From Tubiluchus corallicola (lineage: Eukaryota; Animalia; Priapulida), in NCBI GenBank assembly GCA_030141605.1, contig JAQGDQ010000322.1:205623-269622 (forward strand): a stretch of 64,000 nt of DNA, in the 5' to 3' direction. The position numbers were made by a program, and so were the translations under genes. Positions 1 to 11,175 of the stretch are shown here, one piece after another (within the stretch, counting starts at the first letter, position 1; every line of letters begins with the position of its first letter). The notes under the pieces were generated by a model. That model was not told the DNA's origin. It made no database searches and saw only the letters and a list, made by a program, of their open reading frames with translations.

Positions 1-532
1 TCATTTTTGAAATTCATTAAATCTCGTTTACAAACGTTTAGTAGTTTACTGTACATGCATGAATTCAAAAAAACATTTCACCAAGTTTGACGTGGATAAA
101 CGAGTTCTTTCATGTTCCATCACAGTTTGGCTGCTGCTGACCTACATTGCAACATGCCTAGTGTTTGCCTAATCATAATCATCAAATATCAGTTCTATAG
201 ATATGAGTGATCAGCGGTCATACTGCTGAACTTTACATCGTGAGAATCTTGCCTTTGTCACCGTTAGGTAGCTCTTACGTAGCTTGCGGATGCATTTTGG
301 GGATGCAGAATAGATAAAATCGGTTTACATTGTTTTCAATGCAGCCTGCGTATGCATTGTTCTTTTTCTGCAGCTATTCCGACTGATTTCTTTCTGCAGG
401 TGGAAACACGTCCGTATCCCGGATGCTACGTGAACTCCACTTTAACAGTCTTTGTTTTTCTTTTAGTTTTTATTCAAACGTATTGTTGTTTAGTGATTGA
501 AACTAGTTTTCTAAGCTTTGATATACTTTCAG

Positions 533-3500
533 ATATAACAGATTTTCAAGAAACATACGAGAATTAGCTAGAAAAATAAAGGATCTGGATCAGAAGGATG
601 AATTCAGAACTGAGGCAACTGCACAACTCTTAGAAAAATTGTGAGTGTGCGCATGATGAAAATTATACTTTTACACTTGAATATCAGCAGTAAACACAAT
701 AATTATTATAACATCATTTTTCGAGGAAAGCAGGACGTAGCTATGTTTTTCTATAGCTAATTCTTAGCCAGGGTTGCCATTTTGTATGATGCTTATTGTA
801 TTGAAAGCTAAAAAGTATGGAATTTTCTATACTATACGAACGAGAGACTATACAATCATCGATAATTATACACCAATTTAGTAATGTGAAACTAAAAAAC
901 AAAGTGCATTTCTTCACACTTTGTCTTTTAGTTTTGCATTACTAAATTGTTATATAATTATCGATGATTGTATAGTCTCATGTTTATAAAATGAGCATGT
1001 ATGTTCTAATAATTATGGTATAAGCAGCAGTCTGTCATATAGAAGTTCATATTGATCTGTGCCTAAAAACTAAAACTCTGTTTATGTCATTAGTAGTTGA
1101 ACACCAGTCATTATTATTGAGCTTACCTGTGCTACAAAACCTTACACCACCAACAGTTTATGCTGCACATACAGGTACATTTTCTGGAAAAACTTATACT
1201 AGCTTAAGTGCACAGAAATGGAAATTTGAAATTGTATTTCAAAAAATCTTCCATACAAAGATATAATGCTCGGTATTACGTGTACCTGTTTTAAAGACAT
1301 GTAACTGAAAAGGAAAGTAATTTATAATTTGAAAATGTTTGTACTGACGAGTAAAATGTCACTGTTTCACTATCCCAGTGTGCACCACTGATTCACTAAA
1401 AGGTATGTTATTGATTTTATTGATAGTATAAAGTAATTTAAACTTTTGCTTAATTAACAAAGAGTGCGCTACAAATACATTGATTATTTATTTCAAATTT
1501 TACTGTGTGGCATCTAAACTTGTTTCAAGCTACTTACTGTTGAAAAGGCTGTGCCTAATGGTCATTGGTTGGTTGGTTGGCATCCTTCTGTCTCGGAAGA
1601 CAATGGAGTGTGCACCAAGTCATTGATCACATTGATGGAGCTGCAGCGTCGACTGTGGCTGAGCAGTCCGATCTTTGAACATCTCCAGGGCGCATGCCTG
1701 GGCAGGGTGTATGGAGATCCTGAGTTGCCCAGACAACAGGAACCCCCTCTCTTCCTCGCTGGTGTAGTCCAAAGGAAAGCGGAGCGATACATTTGGCTCC
1801 AGGTTGGCTGCAGGAGCTGCCGGAGTCAGTGAGCATGCTGCACTGGTCCGCCTTCGGGGCTCCACTCCTGATTTGGAAGGTTTACTCCTCTACACATGGC
1901 CGTTTGATCACTTGACCTCCTCCGCCCTCTAGCCGACGGCTGCCTTGTGCAGCTCCTCCACCTAGTGTCGAGATACAGTGTGGGCATCTCGCAAGCCTAC
2001 AGCACCTGGTATTCCTAGGCGGTCACCCATCCAAGTACTAACCAGGCTCTGCGTTGCTTAACTTCGGTGATCAGACGAGAACCGGTGTTTTCAACGTGAT
2101 TTGGCCGTAGTTAAATATGGTCATTACTCGAGTTTAAATTTACAAGTTTTGTACAATGTTACTGCTAATGCAAGCTCTATAGACAGTAAGATAGCTTGCA
2201 AGTGATACAAAATTTTAAGATTTTTTTAGTTTTATGTAGAATTAAACGGTTTTCATCTCCTTTAACTTAATTTCTGCGTGATCGTTGTGTTAAGTAACTG
2301 TTAATTCTTGACGTTGTTTTCAGGTATGCCATGGGTTTAATACCAACGAAAAGAAGTTTAGCTTTGTGTGATAAAGTTTCAGCATCTTCATTTTGCAGGT
2401 AAATATCACTGGTAAAGATCACATAGTTGTTTGCTACGTGTCTTTTCAGTTCCTTCAGAAAAAGTATGACAGTTTATATTTGATATTTGAAAGTTGACAT
2501 TTTAAACGATGGACTTTGCGTAATTCAGTTCTGTTAAATTCGGAATTTTGTTCATCTCAGATGTACTCTGTCTGTAGAATGGATTTGTTTATATATATTT
2601 TAATGCTTAAAGCAACAGCGAAACTCTGTATTTTTAACTTAGTATATTGCTGAATTCAGTACATCCTAGAAGATCAGCTTGTGGTGTTCAAGTGTGAGCA
2701 TATCAGCTTGTGGTGTTCAGGTGTGAGCATTTCAGTCCTGTTGTTCAGGTGTGAGCATTTCAGTCTTGATGTTCAGGTGTGAGCATTTCAGTCCTATTGT
2801 TCAGGTGTGAGCATTTCAGTCCTAATGTTGAGGTGTGAGCATTTCAGTCCTGGTGTTCAAGTGTGAGCATTTCAGTCTTGGTGTTCAAGTGTGAGCATTT
2901 CAGTCCTGGTGTTCAAGTGTGAGCATTTCAGTCCTAATGTTGAGGTGTGAGCATTTCAGTCCTGGTGTTCAAGTGTGAGCATTTCAGTCTTGGTGTTCAA
3001 GTGTGAGCATTTCAGTCCTGGTGTTCAAGTGTGAGCATTTCAGTCCTGGTGTTCAAGTGTGAGCATTTCAGTCTTGGTGTTCAAGTGTGAGCATTTCAGT
3101 CATGTTGTTCAGGTGTGAGCATTTTATTCTTGATGTTCAGGTGTGAATATTATAGTCTTGATGTTCAGGTGTGAACATTTTAGTCTTGATGTTCAGGTGT
3201 GAACATTTTAGTCTTGATGTTCAGGTGTGAACATTTTAGTCTTGATGTTCAGGTGTGAACATTTTAGTCTTGATGTTCAGGTGTGAACATTTTAGTCTTG
3301 ATGTTCAGGTGTGAACATTTTAGTCTTGATGTTCAGGTGTGAACATTTTAGTCTTGATGTTCAGGTGTGAACATTTTAGTCTTGATGTTCAGGTGTGAAC
3401 ATTTTAGTCTTGATGTTCAGTGTGAGCATTTCAGCATTGATGTTCAGGTGTGAACATTTCAGTCTTGATGTTCAGGTGTGAACATTTTAGTCTTGATGTG

Positions 3501-4949
3501 CAGTGTGAGCATTTCAGTCTTAATGTTCAGTGTGAGCATTTCAGCATTGATGTTCAGGTGTGAGCATTTTATTCTTGATGTTCAGGTGTGAACATTTTAT
3601 TCTTGATGTTCAGGTGTGAACATTTTAGTCTTGATGTTCAGGTGTGAACATTTCAGTCTTGATGTTCAGTGTGAGCATTTCAGCATTGATGTTCAGGTGT
3701 GAACATTTTAGTCTTGATGTTCAGGTGTGAACATTTTAGTCTTGATGTTCAGGTGTGAACATTTTAGTCTTGATGTTCAGGTGTGAACATTTTAGTCTTG
3801 ATGTTCAAGTGTGAACATTTTAGTCTTGATGTTCAGGTGTGAACATTTTAGTCTTGATGTTCAGGTGTGAGCATTTTATTCTCGATGTTCAAGTGTGAAC
3901 ATTTTAGTCAGGATGTTCAGATCCAAGCTTTAAAGTCGTAACTTGATTTCACTCTATAAATCACAGAAGACAAGCTTCTCCTTCGAATGCCTTGCAGCTT
4001 GTATGGTACAAATGTTCTTTGTTTTGTACAGGCGACGATTACCAGTGCTCATGGTTCGTAATCACATGTCAGAATCTTGCAGAATTGCCACTCAGTTCGT
4101 TGAACAAGGACATGTTCGTGTCGGACCGGAAGTAGTGATGGATCCAGCATTTCTGGTACCACGGTGCGTGTCGTTGAAAGAATATTCATGCTTTAGTAAA
4201 TGATGATAATGTTATAACTGACACTTTACTTGTTGGTTAATGAAGGACAAGAAAAGGGGTACCAGAAGTATATTTCAGAAAAATCGCCTTTAAAATCGCG
4301 TTACTTTACAGCATTTTTATGCATTTATCGTACTGGCGTTGAACCATATTAGTTATGAGCCATCGAATTCTTGTGCTTATTGTTCGTTTTATGGATTCAT
4401 TGAGAAACTATGTCTGCTAGTATTGAGGTTTTGTGCATACATGTTGTACCAAAAGTTTTGTGATTTTTCAGAGCACTAGAAGATTTTGTGACTTGGACTG
4501 ACTCTTCAGCGATTAGGAAACACGTCTTGCAGTATAATGAAATGGTGAGAAGGGTTCATTTTCAGTTACTTTTCTATAAACAGTAGCATTTATAAAGCTT
4601 TCTTCCACTTTCACTTACTGAAATGTTTATAAAATTCTTTGTTTTTTGAGATTACTTTATAAATTAATAACATTATGGATAACATTGCTCATTTCTAAAC
4701 GATGAAATATGTGATTAAGCTTGAACTTTTTGCAGTTTTGTAATCAGTGGGTGATTAAGAATGAACACTTTTTGTATGACGTATGTGACAGGTGGAATAT
4801 GTGATTAAGCTTGAACTTTTTGCAGTTTTGTAATCAGTGGGTGATTAAGAATGAATACTTTTTATTTTGTTTGGTTCTTTCTGCGCACTTTCCTATTTCA
4901 GCTTTTATTAATTTGTAATTTTTAGAGGGATGATTACGATGTATCATAG
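533..4949 (+). CDS. IMP3: U3 snoRNP protein IMP3, 3' part (5 coding exons; start lies upstream of the window)
   Basis: GT-AG exons 533-640, 2324-2398, 4032-4163, 4472-4544, 4926-4949 splice in frame to [136 protein letters not shown], matching the known IMP3 S4-domain sequence ([24 protein letters not shown]). Confidence 0.95.
695..825. repeat. Dispersed repeat copy (second copy about 30920-31050)
   Basis: AATAATTATTATAACATCATT...GCCAGGGTTGCCA...ATGATGCTTATTGTATTG.A.GCTAAAAAGTAT recurs at about 30922-31045. Confidence 0.7.
844..979. mobile_element. Palindromic MITE-like hairpin (~136 bp)
   Basis: GAGACTATACAATCATCGATAATTATA...TATAATTATCGATGATTGTATAGTCTC: near-perfect inverted arms of about 60 bp around a ~10 nt loop. 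Confidence 0.7.
1567..2116 (-). mobile_element. 5S rRNA-derived SINE (SINE3 type) with RTE-LINE-derived body and tail
   Basis: Minus strand: full-length 5S head (2112-1993) without a TTTT terminator, ~430 bp GC-rich body, a segment encoding the RTE C-terminal motif [14 protein letters not shown]-type 3' end CCATTGTCTTCCGAGACAGAAGGATGCC followed by (AACC)n; flanked by direct repeat ATGGTCATT at 1558-1566 and 2117-2125. Confidence 0.85.
1993..2112 (-). rRNA. 5S rRNA sequence (head of the SINE; probably not a functional 5S gene)
   Basis: Reverse complement reads CTACGGCCAAATCACGTTGAAAACACCGGTTCTCGTCTGATCACCGAAGTTAAGCAACGCAGAGCCTGGTTAGTACTTGGATGGGTGACCGCCTAGGAATACCAGGTGCTGTAGGCTT, a typical animal 5S with box A/IE/box C. 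Confidence 0.9.
2675..3920. repeat. 28-bp minisatellite in IMP3 intron
   Basis: Unit GTTCAGGTGTGAACATTTTAGTCTTGAT and variants, roughly 44 copies. Confidence 0.95.
4706..4863. repeat. Tandem duplication, 90-bp period
   Basis: GTGATTAAGCTTGAACTTTTTGCAGTTTTGTAATCAGTGGGTGATTAAGAATGAA at 4711 and 4801. Confidence 0.85.
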
Positions 4950-5361
4950 TGGCAGTTTGCACTCCAGTTTCAAGAAATGCTCTGATGCCGAGTTTGTCGT
5001 TGACAATCAACAATCATGGAAGCAGAGATAGAACTGGGACATGGTTCAATCAAATTATACTTGTGGCTCCATGCGAGAAACAGTACAACATTACCTGCTC
5101 GAGTTTCCCTAATATACAGCCAGTAGGATGAATCCTGAGGAAAAACTAAATCAGCTACATCAACAGAATGTTTTCCCGTTTAATATACATAACTTGAGTA
5201 ATCAACTGAAAATTTCCACATTTCTTTTGTTCTTTACGGATTCTTAACAATGTTCTAAAATGTTACATTGTTTCAAACAATCTAAGACTATATAAAATCT
5301 ACGAGCCTCTTTTGTCTCAATTAATTGTATGTAGTATCACTAATTTAACATCAATATTTAA

Positions 5362-5889
5362 AGGAAGACCGGACGATTGTTTAGACTCAATCTCATTTTA
5401 ATTTACTATCAAAACATTTTCTTGCCTATAAAAGTTAACAATTGTTACTTAAATTTGAAAAAATTAGCTTTGAAAGTTAATTAACGGCAACTGAATATCA
5501 GCTATTTTTTGCGTCAGGAACTTTTTGCGGCAGGCGTCTTCCCTTGCACATCAACAACGTTTGCGTGTTACATTACTACTTAAACGCGTGATGTCACGAA
5601 AATGGGCTCTACGTCATATGACATCTGAAGCTGACACTGCAGTTCATGATCATGCTTATCACGGTACCACCTTCTATTTGTCGGCCACGTGAATATGACA
5701 AAAGGCGCCGCTGCCAATCTTAGTAGATTCACTGAGCCGCACGTAGCTTTGAAAGTTTAACGAAATTTGAGTATCCGATGTAATTATTATTTAATCTAAG
5801 CTTTGATTTAATAAAAGCTATCGTATTTTTCAATATTTTAGAGCATTTCTCATTCTGAACTCGTGTTTACACAATCATCCGGTTTTCCT
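5362..5889. mobile_element. Non-autonomous TTAA-target DNA transposon (Kolobok-like MITE)
   Basis: TTAA|AGGAAGACCGGACGATTGTTTAGAC ... GTTTACACAATCATCCGGTTTTCCT|TTAA: ~25-bp imperfect TIRs starting AG with TTAA on both sides. Confidence 0.75.
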
Positions 5890-6128
5890 TTAAATCATTA
5901 CTAACACATAATTGTCATGCATCGCATTTTGTGTCATCTATTTCTCTTGCATTACATTGCATTTCTAAGGTATTATTAATCAGTTATGTATAACTGCATA
6001 CCAAAGGTTATGACTAAATAAAAATATGTTTAGATAAAAACACTAATAATGAAACTTGTTATTTGTACAAAATATATTCAATACCGTCACAATTTATTTC
6101 AATGCATTTTTATTATATTAACACAAAA

Positions 6129-6644
6129 TCACTTCTCATTCTTGTAGTTAAAAATATTAGGAGGTAAAGCAAGCTGTGAGGTAAGACACTGATTAAGAAC
6201 TTCTAGCAAATGATTGTTCTCTAATGCAGCAGCTATTCTTTCCTTATCTGCTAGTTGCTTGTTAATTGCATCTTCGGATACGTGAGTTCCTGGAGTGATT
6301 GAGACCGTAACTTTAAAACGAGACGGTAACACTCGCAGCAGCTTCACTCTGATTGACAATCCGATCAGTGTTGCCATGCTACAATGAGGTATAGTCGGAG
6401 TAAACTCCACATTCACCACGTTGGCATCATTATCCACTTCAACGCGCGACTGCTCGATGACATTTAGCGTTTCCAGCGATAATGGATGCTCCGGATCTTT
6501 TATTATGCGGAGATGGTCAAATATCTCTCGGCAGTCGATCGGATCGGAAATGTCATTATCAAGCTCTTCTTCAAGTAGCTCGCGTTCTTTTAGCGCTTCA
6601 TGAATCGTGGGGTTATAATTCTGCAATCTGTCACTTTCTTCCAT
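6129..6644 (-). CDS. CIAO2B: Cytosolic iron-sulfur assembly component 2B (MIP18/FAM96B), intronless CDS, 171 aa
   Basis: ORF contains [25 protein letters not shown]...[32 protein letters not shown]...[26 protein letters not shown]; [17 protein letters not shown] and KQLADKER are the CIAO2B rather than CIAO2A form. Confidence 0.93.
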   Translation of the reverse strand: MEESDRLQNYNPTIHEALKERELLEEELDNDISDPIDCREIFDHLRIIKDPEHPLSLETLNVIEQSRVEVDNDANVVNVEFTPTIPHCSMATLIGLSIRVKLLRVLPSRFKVTVSITPGTHVSEDAINKQLADKERIAAALENNHLLEVLNQCLTSQLALPPNIFNYKNEK

Positions 6645-7267
6645 CTCTCATCAATCTGCAATTGAACGAAATAATAGTGATAACTACTACAAGTACTATA
6701 ATGTGTAACACAGTAAGTTAATTTTCATTGATACCTACAGTAATTAAACATCCTTAATGTAGCATCATTAATATACAGTTAAGTATACAACTTTGAAGCA
6801 CACATGATTCATGTATTCAGAAACAAATCTGCGAGCATGACACAGTTTATTACTTACTCATCTCAGTGTGATATTAATAGCTCTGTTAACCCATCCTTCC
6901 TGTTTTCCCACTGTTATCTTCTTTCTAACTACTAACACTTCCAGTTTTTTCCAACACTAACCTCTTTCCAGTCCTCTGTCAGAATGCACAAGATCATCAT
7001 TTACTTTTGGCAGTCAAACAAAATAAATAAAATCTATTCGATGTATTAGTATTACTGTATATTATCTATCTATGTACTTTTCGTTATAAAACTTGTAATT
7101 ATTTTTCTTTAATGCGGAAATTAATGCTACATTACAATAGCTCCAAAACCCAGACTTCCTCTCTGTTATTATTTTTCGACTTTTACTCTTTCTGTAGTCT
7201 TTAGCACTTCTTTAGCTTCATACTCATATAGCTCAAATAGCGTAAATAAATAAACTTGACCCAAGTA

Positions 7268-7513
7268 TTAAATAGAAATAATCAAATCCAAATACCAAAA
7301 TGACAATCTTGTCGGTAAACCAGAATATGGTTGTGGGTGGTAACCAATACGTTCGTGAACAATTTCTTGGCGAGATTTTTGAGGCACTGGCAAATTGGCT
7401 TCAGACTTGTCTGTTGTTTTTGATTTTCGTTGTTCGACCTCCTTTCTTAAGGTATCGTATTCTTCAAGATCCTCTAATTTTAATTCAATTCTCGTGGGGT
7501 TTCGACGAATCAT
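7268..7513 (-). CDS. CDC26: Anaphase-promoting complex subunit CDC26 (APC12), 81 aa
   Basis: From ATG at 7513: MIRRNPTRIELKLEDLEEYDTLRKE...KSRQEIVHERIGYHPQP, matching CDC26 (MLRRKPTRLELKLDDIEEF...KSREQMINDRIGYKPQP). The ORF-track start at 7597 is upstream of a splice acceptor and is not the true start. Confidence 0.92.
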   Translation of the reverse strand: MIRRNPTRIELKLEDLEEYDTLRKEVEQRKSKTTDKSEANLPVPQKSRQEIVHERIGYHPQPYSGLPTRLSFWYLDLIISI

Positions 7514-7829
7514 TACACTGACAATAATGTCTCGTGTTATTTCAATACCCACTAAGTTTCTACAGGATACATAAACGCACAATGGGGAATCTTTCAATTA
7601 CGCTTGTTTCAATCGGTGTTTACGCAAGACAACCATTCAACGGTTTTGCATGTCAGAATTAAAAGGACAAAATGCACAAAAAGATAATGACTTCTGTCGG
7701 TCTTCACTTATTTACACCACCACCACTACAATTATATATTTATGTATAATATTATCATCATTGTATTCGATTACTGAGCTTAACTAGTTTAATTTATTAT
7801 AATTTTGCTGAGTGGAGTCTACACAAAAC

Positions 7830-8255
7830 TCGACCCGAGCTCTACAGAATGATATTGTCTCAGAAAGTATGTGGATCCTCAAATTGCATGATTCTGAAAC
7901 TCTTATCAGTCTAGACAAAATACTCAAATGTTCACATATTCTCACTTTAAAGTGTCTGGAAGTTTTACCATGGTAAGCAGCATTGCAGCTGTCACACTGA
8001 AATCTATAAATATTAAGGAATGCAGGTATTTTGTTTTTAAATGGTAAAACACTCAAACAGTGGCAAACACTTTAAAGTAAGAATATTTGAACATCTGGAT
8101 ATTTTGTCTAGAATTGGCAAGAAATTTAAAAAATCTCAAATTAGCATTTTAATGAAGATATTTGTGCTTCTGGCTGCAAAGTTGATTTTAATCATTTCAG
8201 CACTAAGTTTAAATTGCGTCCAGAGCTACAAATGGGACTTATTAATAAAAGAAAG

Positions 8256-8260
<5 letters not shown>
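7830..8260. mobile_element. Degraded Penelope-like element GIY-YIG fragments in inverted arrangement
   Basis: Minus strand encodes IYRFQCDSCNAAYHGKTSRHFKVRICEHL (GIY-YIG as in Penelope-like elements); plus strand 8065-8260 encodes HFKVRIFEHL...LLIKESL, a second copy in opposite orientation. Confidence 0.75.
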
Positions 8261-8286
<26 letters not shown>

Positions 8287-10559
8287 CTATCTATCTATAT
8301 ATATATAAACACACAAGCGCTTCATCTAATTAAATCTGTCCTTAATAAGCCTTCTCTTAGTGTGCAAAGCAGTTTAATACCATTAACTGTATTATTATTA
8401 TTATTATATACTTATTAATAAAGGTCCTTTATTTAATATTAATGTCTGTGATCACAGTCATTTTGCATTAAAAGTATACATTTCGTAAAATAACAAGAAA
8501 GAATAAACTATGCTAAGACTAACATGTATAGATAGTTGGTGAGCTAGAAAAAATGGAGAAATCATCTGACAGTGATCAGTGATTGCACATGCTGCGAGTG
8601 CGATATACCGCGTGAATTGTGTATGATGTTGAGTGAGTTTTAGTTGGTATCGGCCAACGTTTAATTTTTTTGTTTTTTTGAAATGAGTTGTAAGTGCTAG
8701 AGAGTATTGCGTTAACAGCCACAGTAACCTGATTTGTGAAAAGTGCGAATTGGAATAGCTGGTATGAGTTTCTATATTATATGCTTTGTTTTGATGGTTT
8801 CACATGCAAAATTAATTGGAGGTAAAATGGCACATTATTTGGGGTTAGGGTTATTGTCGGAGATAATTATTTTAGTTATCACTACCGTTGCCAAGGAAGT
8901 TATTTACTTCCACTTCTGAGACAAGTTTAGAGAGAAAACATAAATGTACAACGTGTGATAAAAGTTTAAAACGATTAACACAGGTTTAACAAGAGAGATA
9001 ACTAGTATAGGCAAAAAGCCTACTTTTACTTTAGGCTTTGCCCTGTCGATCTACGGTAATCTATGCTTCAACACAGTTTATTAGTTTATCTGATAGGCTG
9101 CTTTTTGTGTGTAATAGCAGTAAATCAGTTACACAAAACTGTTTTCCATGAAACTTTGTGAAGAAGGCGGGTATAGGCTGCCAAAAGAGGCATTTTTTGC
9201 TGTTCTTTTTTAGCAAAACTTGACCGAACACGTCATACAAAAACATTCGTGAAGCACTTCGTGGAGTCTCAGAGGGAGTGTTTAGTATTTCTTTTATATT
9301 ATCTCCACCAGGAAAAACACCTACGAGTTGATACCAGGTTCCATTTCAAGAAATTTTTGCTTGGCAAGCTGTGTAATGCCATCTATAACCTTTACTTATT
9401 AATATGTATAGCCTACCTGACTTAGTACATAAATTCAAAAATTTGGTTCAATTCAATTCAAAATGTGCATTTATTTCCATATTCATGATATAATTGAGGC
9501 AAGTAAATTTATTTAATTATCACAATGGAAATAGGATGGTGAAAGACCAGGAAGGTCAACTGGTCAAGCCATCCTTCAATGGATGTAGGTGATTATTGGG
9601 ATGACACTGTAGCTATTTCACTCATGAATAGTAGTGAAATTACATTATTACTATTTTACTTAGCAACTTGATCTGTTTAAAATTCACTAATCAACTTTAA
9701 ATAACTGAAGGATGAAAATGCAATCAAAAATATCTAAACATACAGGAAAATGATGAAAAATGGTAAGCAATGGTAAGTGAAAGCCAAATAATGTGGTACA
9801 AATGAATATAAAAATGATCAAAATTGAAGCTGTCATATCGTCCATGCATAACTCAAAATGAGAAAAACATGCAAAATAATAACAATAATATTAAATAAAA
9901 AATAATAAAAAACAAATTAAATGAAGTGAAAAGTAAGCTAGCCAAACAGAATTTAAATAAACTTTCAAATAGGGAACTGAATCAAACTGCAAAATACATG
10001 CATTAAAATAATAACAAACATGTCTGATTAATAAACCAAACAAAAGAAAAACAAATAAGATCTGCTAAGTTTGAGTCATATACCGAAAATTGATACTGGT
10101 GAGTAATTTGTGATTGTAATTCATGCAGTCGTATCCTAATAAATACACGAATATGATATTTTCCTAGATAATAAACTTGTGACAGATTATTCCTATCATA
10201 AAGCACTATTATCACATATTTGTGTGCGCTGAAAATTATCAAAATAGAAAAATATTTGTAAGTTTATGAAGAACAGTAATGCAAAAGTAAGTGTAAGCGA
10301 AATTTTCGCGTAGCTGATCTAAAGAAGGAATTGCTAGTGAATTCTCTTGAAAGTTTATTCGACAGCACTGTGCTGTTATATTTTAATGTGCTTATAATAA
10401 ATACGTATATATGTCAGTCTATTACCACCACTAAAATAAATGGTTAAAGCAAAACAGGATGATATTTCATTTCCTACGCAATTCTGAAGTACAGTAAATG
10501 TCTACATTTAACACATATAATAATGCCAAAGCATTTCTGATAATTAGATAAGAGGTTAA

Positions 10560-10950
10560 AAACTTCATTAATGGCGGGCGAGCTTAGCTGGTGGTGACAT
10601 CACATTCGAACATAATTTTCAACAACATAAACATTCCATCACCCATGAAAGCGAAAACTGAAGTACAGTGCTATTGTACAACATTGAGTGTAATATACCA
10701 AAGCTCAACAAACTATGAGATAAAAATTGAAATTTTAAATTTACTGCTGTGCTCACCCATGAACTCTCGAAGGTGTGTAGTTTGTCACAAACTAACTAGT
10801 CTGAACTGAGAGGTGCAGCATGTTTTTTTATGTAACACATTTCCAAACTGCACGCGCTAGTGCACATCAAATGAACTCAAGCGAAATGCATGTAACAGTG
10901 AAGAACTAGTGGTGCGAAATTACTTTTTTGTGATAATTTTTTCACGTAAG
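10560..10950. promoter_or_regulatory. Putative bidirectional promoter / non-coding first exons of PRPF4 (+) and CDC26/CIAO2B (-)
   Basis: Outward-facing splice donors: plus-strand CAC|GTAAGT at 10946 (pairs with acceptor TTTCAG 11144 just before the PRPF4 ATG) and minus-strand TGG|GTGAGC at 10756; YY1-like ATGGCG at about 10571. Inferred, no transcript data. Confidence 0.45.
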
Positions 10951-11175
10951 TCATTTTTGAAAAAAATAGTATGTTTCCTTTCAATGTTTTAAAAGAGTAG
11001 ATTGTTTTGACGTGCAGTTTAAGATTGGGTCCAGTTTTGCTTTAACTTACCGATAATGTAGAAACATTAATAATATTTTAAGATGATAGGCGTATCAGAG
11101 GGTAGAAAAACTATATATTCACTCTATGATGTTACTACTTTCAGGGTTTCACCGTAACTAGTTCTAAACAGCAAT

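Larger units (their letters stand above)
1205..2265. mobile_element. Non-autonomous DNA-transposon-like dispersed repeat, interrupted by the 5S SINE
   Basis: 1270-1566 plus 2117-2260 aligns by eye to uninterrupted copies at about 21750-22170 and 22760-23330; ends in CCTTTAA/CTTTAA (TTAA-type end). Confidence 0.65.

Noticed and set aside
120-240. Possible intronic snoRNA in IMP3 (TGAGTGA...CTGA; short 28S-like complement)
   Set aside because: No canonical box C, no terminal stem, match too short to support.
1993-2112. Functional 5S rRNA gene
   Set aside because: Solitary, no oligo-T terminator, altered first bases, fused to an RTE-like body and enclosed by a TSD.
2675-3920. CRISPR-like array (also considered for the 37-bp and 28-bp arrays)
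   Set aside because: Head-to-tail repeats without unique spacers; eukaryotic context; no cas genes.
7514-7597. N-terminal extension of CDC26 shown in the ORF track
   Set aside because: Non-ATG start crossing a splice acceptor; CDC26 homology begins at MIRR (7513).
8841-8853. Telomeric TTAGGG motif
   Set aside because: Only about two units; not an interstitial telomere array.
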